This document shows positions 35,140 through 48,514 of a stretch of DNA of 64,000 bases, piece after piece (the stretch's first letter is position 1; the number at the start of each line of letters is the position of its first letter). The position numbers were made by a program, and so were the translations under genes. This DNA comes from Nemertoderma westbladi (Eukaryota; Animalia; Xenacoelomorpha): contig JAUCBJ010000476.1 in assembly GCA_032718475.1 (NCBI GenBank), positions 1 to 64,000 on the forward strand. Direction: 5' to 3'. The notes below the pieces were generated by a model. The model saw nothing but the letters and a program-made list of their open reading frames with translations. It made no database searches and was not told the DNA's origin.

Positions 35140-36830
35140 TAAATGTTTATCGTTAAATGTTTAAATGTTTATCGTTAAATGTTTAAATGTTTATCGTTAA
35201 ATGTTTAAATATTTATCGTTAAATGTTTGAATGTTTATATATCGATAAATTAAATGTTTATCGTTAAATGTTTATCATTAAATGGTTAAATGTTTATCGT
35301 TCAATGTTTAAATGTTTATCATTAAATGTTTACATGTTTATCGTTAAATGTTTGTAGTTTTATAGTTAAATGTTTAAATGTTTATCGTTAAATGTTGAAA
35401 TGTTTATCGATAAATAATTAAATGTTTATCGTTAAAAGTTTAATTGTTTATCATTAAATGTTTAAATGTTTATCGTCCAATGTTTAAATGTTTATCATTA
35501 AATGTTCACATGTTTATCATTAAATGTTTGTAGTTAAATGTTTATCGTTACGTGTTGAAATTTTTATCGTTAAATGTTGAAATGTTTATCGTTAAATGTT
35601 GAAATGTTTATCGTGAAATGTTGAAATGTTTATCGTTAAATGTTAAAATGTTTATCGTTAAATGTTTAATTGTTTATCGTTAAATGTTGAAATGTTTATC
35701 GTTAAATGTTTAAATGTTTACCGTTAAATGTTTAAATGTTTATCGTTAAATGTTTAAATGTTTATCGTTAAATGTTTAAATGTTTATTGTTAATGTTTAA
35801 ATGTTTATCGTTAAATGTTTATTGATAAATGTTTAAATGTTTATCGTTAAATGTTTATCGTTAAATGTTTATCGGTAAATATTTATCGGTAAATGTTTAT
35901 TGATAAATGTTTAAATGTTTATCGTTAAATGTTTATCGTTAAATGTTTATCGTTAAATGTTTATCGGTAAATATTTATCGGTAAATGTTTATTGATTAAT
36001 GTTTATCGTTAAAAGTGTAAATATTTATAGTTAAATGTGTAAATGTTTATCATTAAATGTTTATCATTCAATGTTTAAATGTTTATCATTAAATGTTTAT
36101 ATGTTTATCATTAAATGTTTAAATGTTTATCATTAAATGTTTATATGTTTATCATTAAATGTTTAAATGTTTATCATTAAATGTTTATATGTTTATCATT
36201 AAATGTTTAAATGTTTATCATTAAATGTTTATATGTTTATCATTAAATGTTTAAATGTTTATCATTAAATGTTTATCGATAAATGTTTACATATGTTTAT
36301 CATTAAATGTTTACATGTTTATCATTAAATGTTTAAATGTTTATCATTAAATGTTTATCGTTAAATGTTTACATATGTTTATCATTAAATGTTTACATGT
36401 TTATCATTAAAGTTTTAAATGTTTATCATTAAATGTTTATCGTTAAATGTTTACATATGTTTATCATTCAATGTTTAAATGTTTATCATTAAATGTTTAC
36501 ATGTTTATCATTAAATGTTTATCGTTAAATGTTTACATATGTTTATCATTAAATGTTTACATGTTTATCATTAAATGTTTAAATGTTTATCATTAAATGT
36601 TTATCGTTAAATGTTTACATATGGTTATCATTAAATGTTTACATGTTTATCATTAAATGTTTAAATGTTTATCATTAAATGTTTATCGTTAAATGTTTAC
36701 ATATGTTTATCGTTAAATGTTTACATATGTTTATCGTTAAATGTTTACATATGTTTATCGTTAAATGTTTACATATGTTTATCATTAAATGTTTAAATAT
36801 TTATCATTAAATGATTAAATGTTTATCAAC
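35140..36830. repeat. AT-rich minisatellite (AAATGTTTATCGTT / AAATGTTT variants)
   Basis: Direct reading; also at 33627-33770 and inverted at about 62008-63210 and 63780-63940. Confidence 0.95.
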
Positions 36831-37478
36831 TAGTACTTAAAGTAATAGTTAGTTAGGAAGGTAGTGCTTCTGTAGTATGCGGATAACTACTGCTCACTAT
36901 AAGAGGTTGGTCTTGGGTTGTTATGTGAACGTGTTTCATTGGCTGACCCCCTAGCGCCGTCCAGTGACTCAATTGATACTGACGCACATAGCCATGTTTA
37001 CATATCATCTCGTGTTCCCTTTCAGGGGAAATTAGATACGAAAATCTCTGGAAAATAAAATAATTTTATTGTGAAATAAATGTTAAACAAAACAGGCAAG
37101 CTTGCAAATGCTTGTAATCAACCAAGTTCAGAGAGTGAGATAAGAGAGCCATAAGCCCTAATTTTAGGCAATTTAGTAACAGTAACACAACTAAGTAAGC
37201 AAGCAAATATTTTTTGAAAAGTATAATTGAGTTTATGTTCTCACATATAGTTAGGGGTTGAAATATCGTAAACACCCATAGAACTACTTGTGATATTATC
37301 TGCATGTCATTGATATACAGACGTGAAAGCGAAAGGTGACCTTTTACTATATACTGTATATAATATACTACTTCATATATTCTGATTAACGGGAGTAAAT
37401 GGTACGCCTACACCTTATACCAACTACGCCCACGAAACACCTAAAACTACATCTATATCTACACCATGCCTACACACA

Positions 37479-37850
37479 TACATGTACCGGTGCCGTAGCC
37501 GGTAGGTCTATAAATACTGTACATGTACCGGTACCGTAAGCCGGTAGGTCTATAAATACTGTACATGTACCGGTACCGTAGCCGGTAGGTCTATAAATAC
37601 TGTACATGTACCGGTACCGTAAGCCGGTAGGTCTATAAATACTGTACATGTACCGGTACCGTAGCCGGTAGGTCTATAAATACTGTACATGTACCGGTAC
37701 CGTAAGCCGGTAGGTCTATAAATACTGTACATGTACCGGTACCGTAAGCCGGTAGGTCTATAAATACTGTACATGTACCGGTACCGTAGCCGGTAGGTCT
37801 ATAAATACTGTACATGTACCGGTACCGTAAGCCGGTAGGTCTATAAATAC
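37479..37850. repeat. 41/42-bp tandem repeat, about 9 copies, rich in palindromes
   Basis: Unit TGTACATGTACCGGTACCGTA(A)GCCGGTAGGTCTATAAATAC. Confidence 0.95.
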
Positions 37851-38228
37851 ATGTGTCTGTTTATTCTCAATTAAGTTAGATTTTATACAATATTTCTAAA
37901 ACTTTCGTATTGTTTTGATTCCTTTCAACCCGCATCTGTAACCTGTTCCTTCACTAGCCTGCCTAAAAGTAAGCGTAGGTGTAGGCGTAGCGCTTACCCA
38001 GCTGAGTAACTGAAATTTTCTAAATTTTCTCTAAACTAAATTCTATCTATTTAGATATATCTAAACTAAATTTTCTCAACGAGCTGATTCGCATTATTGA
38101 AGTCTCTTACAGAATACCGCCTCAGCGACCATGTACACAACTAATCGATAGTGCCTTAGCCACTACTAAACCGTGCTGCTGTCGACCTCGCCGGATGCTG
38201 AACGAACAAAGTGGCAACTAATATGGAT

Positions 38229-38315
38229 AATATCAGCAAGTGCATAGGCTACCTAAAATATCAGCAAGTGCATAGGCTACCTAAAATATCAGCAAGTGCA
38301 TCATAGGCTACCTAA
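38229..38315. repeat. 28-bp tandem repeat, 3 copies
   Basis: AATATCAGCAAGTGCATAGGCTACCTAA. Confidence 0.85.
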
Positions 38316-38401
38316 ACGAATGAGCCTTCGGGCTAGTAAGTGTCATCATACAAGTCGCAAAATGACGAAAGTGATATTGTACATAGCTGCAACACTCTAA
38401 C

Positions 38402-39480
38402 CTCTTTCCAAGTAACACCAGAACTTTTGCAAATCTTATATATTGCGACTCCAGGTATAAGAGACATCGAACTCAAAGTGATTAACCATCCAATGAGGTT
38501 GGCCCACATCGGGTACTCGTATTGGTCGTGTTTAGCAGGTTTATATCCGACGCAACTAAACACAACAATTATCTAAGAAATAAATAAATAATAATTTGTA
38601 TTTGATAAACTTTTTCTAATATTAACTTTATTTATAGTTTTTTTAAAAGTAACTAATTAATTGCAATTGTAAATGCAAATGAATTTACCGCAAGAAATGT
38701 AGGACTCAAGAACTTCCAACAAAATCTCCACCAAATATTTGGTCTTTTTCCCAACATTTCTTCAATATCATCAGAAAATCTAAAACATAAACAATTACAT
38801 TGTCATTTATTATAAGATTCCCAATAGAAAATAATAATAATAATCAAAATAAAAATAAATAAAAATCAAACGCATATTTTTATCAAAAATGTATATTTTG
38901 CTATTATATGTTTCCGCTTGTTTTCAAACACCCTCCAGCCAATGATGTACATACATTAGGTACAAACAAGTACAGACAACTAACTACAATACCTATCAAC
39001 CCCATAAATCCATGATATTCCTATGGCCTCGAACAATACGGTGTAGAGAATTGCTGTTCCCGCTGCATAGGTATCGAATAGCGTCACCATATATGAGCCT
39101 CCGTATGTTACATTGGAAAGACCAACTAAGAAAGCTATTCCTATAATAATAGCAGTGTAGATTTCTCTTCGAATGGGGAAGTGCGGCCGAATATCATCGT
39201 GAGTACCGGTTATAACAGATTCCAAACCGCCCATCTAAACAAATTAAGTAGAACATTAAATCTGAAGTAGATTCCAAAACAGCTAATCATCCAAAAATAA
39301 ACTTTTGTAGGTTCTACCAGTAATGTTAAATTCATTAGCAATCATAATTCTTACCGCACTGTCCAATCCAAGTGTTAATAACATAATAAAGAAAACTACA
39401 GCCCAAGCAGTAGATCCTGGAAGCGTTGCTATGGCTTCAGGGTATACAATAAACACAAGACCCACTCCTTCAGTTGCAAC
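38402..39480 (-). CDS. SLC6 monoamine (noradrenaline/dopamine-type) transporter, partial; exons 39355-39480, 38993-39234, 38689-38779, 38402-38572 (TM8-TM12)
   Basis: [20 protein letters not shown]...LGLDSA|[10 protein letters not shown]...DTYAAGT...WIYGVDR|[21 protein letters not shown]|...YP.WAN.IGW...SSM. Introns are GT-AG and in phase. 5' exons and the terminal exon were not found. Confidence 0.85.
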
Positions 39481-39696
39481 CTGTAATGTAGTTATCATTT
39501 TTAGTATTCCGAGATTAATAATTACTAATTAGTTACATTTACAACAATAAATTAGTTCAGTTAAAATAGGCGTAAAAAAGGGTCACACTCGAACAAATGG
39601 CAACATATTTGAATTTATGTTTTTTCTAGACCAAATTTTTTTTTATTATCAACATATCTAAAATAGGCCCCAATCTTATTGTTAGAACTACTGTAG

Positions 39697-41680
39697 TAAT
39701 AATAATAATAAAAATTTATATAGCGCCTTTTAACGTGATGATCAAAGGCGCTGCACTGCACAAAATTTAACGATTTAAAATTTTTAAAAACATTAAAAAG
39801 TATTGCTTTACAAAGAGATCGGTCATTAATGAATTTAAAAGTTTAAAAATACGCTGAGAAACTTAATTCCCGTATTGCTTTATGAAGAGATGGGTTTTTA
39901 GCTGAGCCTTAAACGAATCAAGTGTGGGAGAGTCTTTGATTTTCGAGGGTAGTGAGTTCCACACCGTTGGAGCTGCAAAGGAGAACGACCGTCTACCATA
40001 ATAGGTAAGTCTACACGTTGGGATGCGTAACAGTCCAGCACCACTTGTTCTTAAGGTACGATATGGTTCATATCGATCCAATAATTCGGCCAAGTAACTT
40101 GGAGCCAAATGATTAACGCACTTATATGTTAGTAGTGCAATCTTATACTCGATCCTTCTCTCTACTGGCAGCCAATGTAATTCCTTCAGGGTCGGGGTAA
40201 TAGGATCTCTCTTGCGGATGCGTTTTATCAGACGTGCTGAGGCGTTTTGAACTTTCTGTAGTTTGCCGATAAGGTTCTTTGGTAGACCATAATAAAGAGA
40301 GTTGTTTTGGTCCAATCTACTGGTAATGAACGTGTGCACCATTGTTTCCAAGGTACGACGATTTTTCGCGATTCTTCTTAAATGAAAGAAACAACATCGC
40401 ACGGTCGCGTGTATATGTCTAACCATTGTGAAGTTGGTGTCAAAAATGGCACCTAGACTCTTAGTCCATTCGCTTATTGGCACCAAATCATCACCCACTT
40501 GTATTGCACCATTCATGTGATGTGAAGGTGCCACATAGCGTGATTGTAACAAAATTGTTTCAGTTTTATCGGTATTCAACTTCAAGAAGTGCTCCCTCAT
40601 CCATTCCTGAATCTCTTTCAATCATTCTTCGGTGACTGATTTCGCTTGTAAATATTGTTCAGGCTTAAATAATATATAAATTTGGGTGTGTGATCCGCAT
40701 ATATGTGATGCGATAGACCGTGCTTCCGGATAACATTCCCTAGAGACTGCATGTAGATGATGAATAACAATGGGCCCAAGACCGAACCCTGTGGGACACC
40801 ATAACGCAGTTTAAATATTCTAGAACGTTCACATCCTATTGAGACTGATTGAGTTCTATCACACAGGTACGATTTGAACCATGAGAGAACATCGCCGGTG
40901 ACTCCAATGTCTCTCTGCAGTATATTAAGTAGCTTCACATGTTCTATGGTGTCGAAGGCAGAGCTTAAGTCCAACTGAATCAGCAATACAGCGTTACCAT
41001 TATCGATTCCGCAGAGCATATCATTGTGAACCCTGAGCAATGCTGTCTCAGTGCTGTGCTATTTGCGATAACCACTTTGCAAGGGCTCATATAGGTTGTT
41101 AATTTCAAGATGCTTTATTAGTTGAATGGCGGCGGCCTTTTCTATCAGTTTGCAGAGAAACTTCAAATTTGACACAGGTCGAAAGTTCTTTAATAACTCG
41201 GGATTTAAATTAAGTTTTTTCAATATTGGTGTCAAAGACAGCATCTTTTAGAGACTGTGGAAATTTCGCAAGAGACAAAGATAGATTGACAATCGCAACT
41301 AGTATTGGTAGCAAGACTGAGATGGAGCGTTTTACCATCCAGGTTGGAATTGGGTCAGTTTGGCTTGTCTTTGACTTCATGTCCTTTAACATGTCGTTAA
41401 CGTCATCAGGTGATACAGAATCGAACTTGTCAAATACTGGCTTTGGAATGTCCGTTGATCCTGCAAATGTTGCATTTTGCTCGATGTTGAAGTCATCAGT
41501 GACTGTGGAAGACTGAGTAGTGTAATCGACATTGTAGTTATCCAACTCGTCTCGTAACTTTTGTATCTTACCATCGAAGTAGTCGGCAAAATTGTTTGCC
41601 AAGTCTAGTTCAGAGTCGTGCTGTGGTAAACAAGTACTCTGTTCACGATGCAAAGTTTTATTAATAACCTTAAATAAGTC
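39697..41680 (-). mobile_element. 5'-truncated, frameshifted L2-clade LINE
   Basis: NFRPVSNL, LDLSSAFDT, GVPQGSVLGPLLF, HIYAD, LHWLPV..RI.YK, FSFAAPTVWNSLP motifs; 3' stem-loop GCGCCTTT...AAAGGCGC-TATATAAAT and (TTA)n tail. Confidence 0.92.
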
Positions 41681-41881
41681 GTAGTAGTAGACAATAGGAA
41701 TATTTTTTACTATTAATATCATATTAATAGTACAATCTTCGGCCGCCACCGGGACCGGATTGTAAAAAAGGGAGTTTTATTACAATATTAACCCACCTGA
41801 CACAGACAAAGTCCATTAAAAACACAAAATAAAAGTTTATATGCAAATTATTATTATTAGTAAAAAAAAAACTCAAATGAG

Positions 41882-41918
41882 TAGCCGTAACGCGACTTTG
41901 AAAGTCGCGTTACGGCTA
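41882..41918. repeat. Perfect palindrome, 18-bp arms with a 1-nt spacer
   Basis: TAGCCGTAACGCGACTTT-G-AAAGTCGCGTTACGGCTA. Confidence 0.9.
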
Positions 41919-41926
41919 ATCTATTG

Positions 41927-43895
41927 TCTTGGTTTTACATAGTAACAGATAAAGTTGGCAATATGTTTTTCAATCGTGTTGTAAATGTGTGGAACAGCCT
42001 GTCCAATGACGTAGTTAATTCGCATAGCCTTGTCTGTTTTAAAACCAAACTCCGTAAATGTGATTTTAGCTCATATTGTAAATTTGATAGAAATCTGTGA
42101 ATTCCATAATTTTATTGTTATTGTAGAGTTGTGTACATTTTATTGTTGAGTTGTGTACATTTTATTGTTATTGTTGAGTTGTGTACATTTTATTGTTATT
42201 GTTGAGTTGTGTACATTTTATTGTTATTGTTGAGTTGTGTACATTTTATTGTTATTGTTGAGTTGTGTACATTTTATTGTTATTGTTGAGTTGTGTACAT
42301 TTTATTGTTATTGTTGAGTTGTGTACATTTTATTGTTATTGTTGAGTTGTGTACATTTTATTGTTATTGTTGAGTTGTGTACATTTTATTGTTATTGTTG
42401 AGTTGTGTACATTTTATTGTTATTTTTGAGTTGTGTACATTTTATTGTTATTGTTGAGTTGTGTACATTTTATTGTTATTGTTGAGTTGTGTACATTTTA
42501 TTGTTATTGTTGAGTTGTGTACATTTTATTGTTATTGTTGAGTTGTGTACATTTTATTGTTATTGTTGAGTTGTGTACATTTTATTGTTATTGTTGAGTT
42601 GTTTACATTTTATTGTTATTGTTGAGTTGTGTACATTTTATTGTTATTGTTGAGTTGTGTACATTTATTGTTATTGTTGAGTTGTTTACATTTTATTGTT
42701 ATTGTTGAGTTGTTTACATTTTATTGTTATTGTTGAGTTGTGTACATTTTATTGTTATTGTTGAGTTGTGTACATTTTATTGTTATTGTTGAGTTGTGTA
42801 CATTTTATTGTTATTGTTGAGTTGTGTACATTTTATTGTTATTGTTGAGTTGTGTACATTTTATTGTTATTGTTGAGTTGTGTACATTTTATTGTTATTG
42901 TTGAGTTGTGTACATTTTATTGTTATTGTTGAGTTGTGTACATTTTATTGTTATTGTTGAGTTGTGTACATTTTATTGTTATTGTTGAGTTGTGTACATT
43001 TTATTGTTATTGTTGAGTTGTGTACATTTTATTGTTATTGTTGAGTTGTTTACATTTTATTGTTATTGTTGAGTTGTGTACATTTTATTGTTATTGTTGA
43101 GTTGTGTACATTTTATTGTTATTGTTGAGTTGTGTACATTTTATTGTTATTGTTGAGTTGTGTACATTTTATTGTTATTGTTGAGTTGTGTACATTTTAT
43201 TGTTATTGTTGAGTTGTGTACATTTTATTGTTATTGTTGAGTTGTGTACATTTTATTGTTATTGTTGAGTTGTGTACATTTTATTGATATTGTTGAGTTG
43301 TTTACATTTTATTGATATTGTTGAGTTGTGTACATTTTATTGTTATTGTTGAGTTGTGTACATTTTATTGATATTGTTGAGTTGTTTACATTTTATTGAT
43401 ATTGTTGAGTTGTGTACATTTTATTGTTATTGTTGAGTTGTGTACATTTTATTGTTATTGTTGAGTTGTGTACATTTTATTGTTATTGTTGAGTTGTGTA
43501 CATTTTATTGTTATTGTTGAGTTGTGTACATTTTATTGTTATTGTTGAGTTGTGTACATTTTATTGTTATTGTTGAGTTGTGTACATTTTATTGTTATTG
43601 TTGAGTTGTGTACATTTTATTGATATTGTTGAGTTGTTTACATTTTATTGATATTGTTGAGTTGTGTACATGTTATTGTTGAGTTGTGTACATTTTATAA
43701 TTAGTATCCTTTGTGTTGTTAAATACATATTTTATTTTTACTCACTGCTGGAACATAAGTCGCTTCGACATAACCAGACAGTGTTTGTTTTTAACCAGTT
43801 TTCATATTTTAAATAAATAACTAATGTGCGTGCATTTTATAATTCGTGCGCTGTTTCAACATATGTAGATGTATCTGCATTAAATAAAACTATTA
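41927..43895 (+). mobile_element. 3' fragment of a CR1-group LINE with an expanded minisatellite in its 3' UTR
   Basis: FFNRVVNVWNSLSNDVVNSHSLVCFKTKL at about 41965-42051; AATAAA and (CTATT/TTA) tail; candidate TSD CTATTG (41921-41926 and 43896-43901). Confidence 0.7.
42110..43698. repeat. 28-bp minisatellite, about 56 copies
   Basis: Unit GTGTACATTTTATTGTTATTGTTGAGTT, highly homogeneous. Confidence 0.97.
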
Positions 43896-44270
43896 CTATT
43901 GAAAGCCTGGTATTCTTTCCGTTCACATAACTAATGCTTCGTGTGGTGCGAGCCTTAAAGGTGAAGTTAAATAACAACAAACTCGACTCATCAGATGATA
44001 CTATATTTATGTATTATTATATTAAATAATGTTTATAAGAATCAAGCCTTTTTTAAAACGAGACTTTTGGGTGCAGCTCTTGAATTTATTTGACGAAAAT
44101 TAATTTAAATTAATAATTCATATTAAATAATTAAATTCATTCAATAATTAATTTATATGAAATAAATAACTAAAACGGCATGTTATCTTCACAGCCATTA
44201 TTTTATACTCAATTAGCTATTATTTAAAAAATATATATTTTTGCCAATTCCAACTTTGTTATTGATTAGT

Positions 44271-45627
44271 GGCCCGTATGCATAAAACAGTCCTAAATTT
44301 ACGTCCGTCGATTCATCTAAATAAATCGTAAGTTGGATTACGACTATCGTGGCGACGATTGTCGTACATTGGTTTGCATAAAACTGTTTACGATTAAGGG
44401 GGGGGGGGGGGGGGGGTTCCCCCTCCTTGGGTAAAATTTTCACATTTTTGGTTTTCTATTTCATCTGATGCAGAATTTAATGGGGAGTTCAAATCTTGAA
44501 ACAGTTTGGCGAGATCATATTTTAGTTCTCGAGTTATCGCTGTCTTTCCGTCTATCAGTTTGTCCGTCAAAATTTAGAACACAGACAGTCAGACATGCTG
44601 TCAGACAGACATATTAGATGCCACCAAACATTAAAACTGACATCAGAAATGAAATCACCGACCCCGAAAACCCCCATATTGATAATTTTAGTGAGTTGGT
44701 ATGAAGCCATAGTGTCAAACATTACTGACCGATTAACAGACTACAGACAGTCAGGTTTGAGCGGGAAGGTTAAAATTGTAAAGAAAATTATCTCGTAATT
44801 ACATTTCACGTTATTTCCATTTTTCAAAATACTACTCCTCCGCCGTTTTTCACCGAAATTCGATAATTTATGGCTCGTTTGAAAGCTTTTTTGAACATCT
44901 TGAAAAATTATCCAGCACTTTTTTGAAAAATTTTTTTTTTTAATATAATTGAAAATTTGAATTTATTTTAATTAATTAATTTACTTAAAAATTAATAATT
45001 TAAAAAATCGGCTGGATAATTTTTGTAGAAACGATGGTGCTGAGTCCAAAAAAGTTGGTTAAAAAAAATACGATAAATATTAAGGGACTAGTAGTGTTTT
45101 TAGTGAAATATTTAATTCCGCCACTCGCCGCTAGAGGGACACAAAAAAATTTAAAATTTCATTTTTTGTTGCTCTTTGGCCTTCCCCACGTTGGCTGACC
45201 CCCCCCCCCCCCCCCCCCCCTTAATCGTGCTTCCGATTATCGTAATTTAGTTACGATGCTACTGTATTTTAGAGTGTTGCTGGGCAACTCTGTGAACAAT
45301 ACTGTGAAAATCTGAGATTCCTATTATGTTCCTTATAATTACAATATAATTCACGACTGTTGTATTGTTTTATAGGTAGCCTTAGCAACAGTCTCCTATA
45401 CTACATTTTAGCCAATAAAAATTGAGTTCAATGTAAACTGGAGCAGATCGTAACTTTAATACTCGATAGAGAGCACCCTTAAATTTATGATCGAAATGAA
45501 TCGTAAGTTTACAATCAAAGAGGCTGACAATTTTTATGCATATCGAATTTATTTACGATAGTCGTATCTGCTGACATACGACGATCGGAGGATTACGACG
45601 GTCGTAAGTGTTTTATGCATACGGGCC
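44271..45627. mobile_element. PIF/Harbinger-like MITE
   Basis: 19-bp perfect TIR GGCCCGTATGCATAAAACA; internal TACGA/TCGTA repeats; no clear TSD. Confidence 0.7.
44398..45220. mobile_element. TTAA-flanked element with poly-G / poly-C termini (Kolobok-like) nested in the Harbinger MITE
   Basis: TTAA (44394-97) then a G run; a C run then TTAA (45221-24). Internal segment related to the interior of the 24488-25072 MITE. Confidence 0.6.
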
Positions 45628-47857
45628 AATATCCTACAATATCTTAGCAATTATAGAAAACTAATTTGTCAATATTTGTCTAGAACAAATAATTTATTGT
45701 TCTAGAACATTTTTTATCAATTATGTAGAAATGTTTGGTATTTTTAAAAAATGAATTCGTATTATTAAACATCATTTTTTCAACCAATTATCATGGTAAA
45801 GTAAATGTAACGCATATAGATTATATATTTTGTTACATTATATCAACTTAACCGCGTTCTGGTGAATTACTCGTAACGCTGCAAAGTACTAGTTTGCATC
45901 GTTGCGGCCTATAGGACAGAACGCTGCAAAGTAATCAATGACATGGAAACATTCCAGAATGTATTATTTCCATTTATGTATGTAATTATTATTTATTATG
46001 TCACATTATTTAGGTCCTCTTTATTATCCAGTTTGCAGTGACGGGACTACAGGACTAGCTAGGTCTACTGTATGCAGAGGTGTAGCGAGGGGGGGGGGGG
46101 GAGTTGGGGGAGGGGAATGTTCCCCCGGGCGCACTCACCCGGGGGCGCTGAAATGCCAGGCAAACATGTCAGGGCATTAAGTAACAAGTCTCTGATTCAA
46201 CTCTAATTGCTTGCAAAGGTCACTTTTCAGCGTTAAAGACTCTTGTTTATTTATGTAAACCTCGCTCGCTGCGCTCGCTCGGGACATAACGCTGCAAAGT
46301 GCTACTTTGCTCACAATTATGTTAATAGTTATTTATGTATGTTATTGCAATTAAATTAAAATTTAGACATTTATTTAAATTAAAATAATTTACCTAAACC
46401 AGATCTTAAATCCATATTTTTTTAATTACGTTTTCGGACTTCCGGTAATGGTAAAAAGTGTTCCTTTAACTTAAAAGGGTAATAATAATGCAGCAATTAT
46501 AATCGATGATGTCTAAATTGTATGATAACTAATAATATATAACAGGAATGAACCTTTTACAATAAATTTAACAAACACCAGTAATAATATTAATATTATA
46601 TGAATGTTTATTATATAACCTACGACTTACCTCCTACAGTATAATACGTAATGTACTTACAACGTACAATAGTTAGTAAATTAACAATTATTAATTATAA
46701 AAGATCTTAGTTTCTATAACAACTTTACTACAAACAGACACTCAAACAAAAAGTAAATAATTACTTTATGTATAATATAATATATAGTTGTATGAGAACG
46801 ACAACAATAACCAAATAATTGGGTGTCTATTGGGATTCGAACTCGGTACCTAGGATTCATTATTTACGGCACTACAATACAACTAAGGTCGCACCGGATA
46901 TCACTTTATGATATCCGTCTTACCATACTATTCAGCCATACTAATTGAGAGTTTGTTTATTTGTGATATAATATCATTTCTATATAACATTTTATTTGTG
47001 CAATTTATAGAAAAGTTGCAAATAATAGACCCAAACACAAAATACCGGGCCAGAAACGCAATATAATTAGGCTGTTTGCAGGATATTGTATATAAATATA
47101 TTGTGCACAACTAAAGATAGAAGGAATGTATTTAATACCCCTTTATTAGCCCACAGTTTCTCAAGAACTCTTAAATTTATGTTGACAGTTAAATTAATCT
47201 AATTTTTTTATACATCTTAGTGAAGTCTAGGTGGCAGGTGGGATCGAATTGGTGACCTCCAGATTGGAGCTTTTTAACCATTCCAATAGAAGAACATGAC
47301 TTTTTAGCTGACTTCACAAACCTATGTCCATCTATTCTCTCGAGTGAAATTTAATATAACGATCGCCATTAATACCAATAATTTTATGTAAACAATTGTG
47401 AACGATTTAAATTGTAATGTGTTAGATAAACCTGTCCCATACCGGTACCAGGGTAAAATAAAGTATGATATCACGATATCAGTAATATATTAGATATAAT
47501 TACTTTGAACAACATTCAATATTTAGTGATATTCCAAAAAAATACAATTACAATATTGACCTACCGGTACTATAATAATTTACTAAATTAATTACAATTA
47601 TTATTATAACTTTGTTCAGAATGTTATTAATTTATTTTCCGTAGGTTTTAACAGAAAGTAAATAAATAACGCAGAAACAAAAACAACCTGTATTTTAAAC
47701 TAAATTAACAATCAAATAATCTAACTGACAAGTGTAACATATAAATAATACATGAAGACATATATGTGTCGCGCCACAGTAGTTAGTTAGAATATGTGGG
47801 GATTCGATGATTGGGAATTTAATTAATAGCAACTGCTGAACTGCGAAATGTTAAACC

Positions 47858-48499
47858 CTAGGTCGAGGCGCCTGGCGCTATACTGGCATTAGAGCTCTGC
47901 AAAATACCAACGATAACCCCAAATAAACCGATAGCGCTCGCAAAAATCTCGATAATTAAAATCTTAACGAATAGGGCGGGATTGGCCGCGTCTGAGAGCG
48001 CGGCCCCGGAACCTACAACCCCAACGCAAACACCGCAGAATAGGTTGGATAAACCGACGGTTAGCCCAGCGCCGAAGATGGAGAATCCACCGAATACATT
48101 CTGTCGCATCTGTTTGGCAGATACGGTGAGGGGGTCGTAATCCTCCACCATGTTGGCCGTAACTATCGACATGATAATACCGTAAATAGCGACGGCCTCG
48201 CAGAATATAATCGAAATGAGGTTTTTTGTTTTGATTCGCGGCGCTTTTACGGCTCCTCCAATAATACTTGTGCCGGTTATGTAGATACCGGTAGCCGCTC
48301 CGACTACAGACAGCGATATGGACAGGCCTACGCCGACGAAGGCCCACGCGTGCGGGGGGATCGCGAGTAGTAGCCAACCAACGTCGAAACGGTAGCCCTG
48401 GTCCGATAGGAGGAAGAATAATCCGGTTAGAACGAGGAGGAATATAACAATGCTGGAGATTACTTGGGAGTGAATAGAGATGATGTTTTCCGAACCCAT
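47858..48499 (-). CDS. ATP6V0B: V-type ATPase V0 subunit c'' (21-kDa proteolipid), intronless, 213 aa
   Basis: [46 protein letters not shown] (essential Glu) and [18 protein letters not shown]; ATG at 48497-48499. Confidence 0.95.
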   Translation of the reverse strand: MGSENIISIHSQVISSIVIFLLVLTGLFFLLSDQGYRFDVGWLLLAIPPHAWAFVGVGLSISLSVVGAATGIYITGTSIIGGAVKAPRIKTKNLISIIFCEAVAIYGIIMSIVTANMVEDYDPLTVSAKQMRQNVFGGFSIFGAGLTVGLSNLFCGVCVGVVGSGAALSDAANPALFVKILIIEIFASAIGLFGVIVGILQSSNASIAPGAST

Positions 48500-48514
48500 T
48501 GTTCGGTTGGAATG

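Larger units (their letters stand above)
33574..37358 (+). repeat. Left arm of a large inverted duplication (mate 61523..64000+)
   Basis: Unique blocks 36830-37358 and 33574-33905 are reverse complements of 61523-62010 and the 63270-64000 region. Confidence 0.9.
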
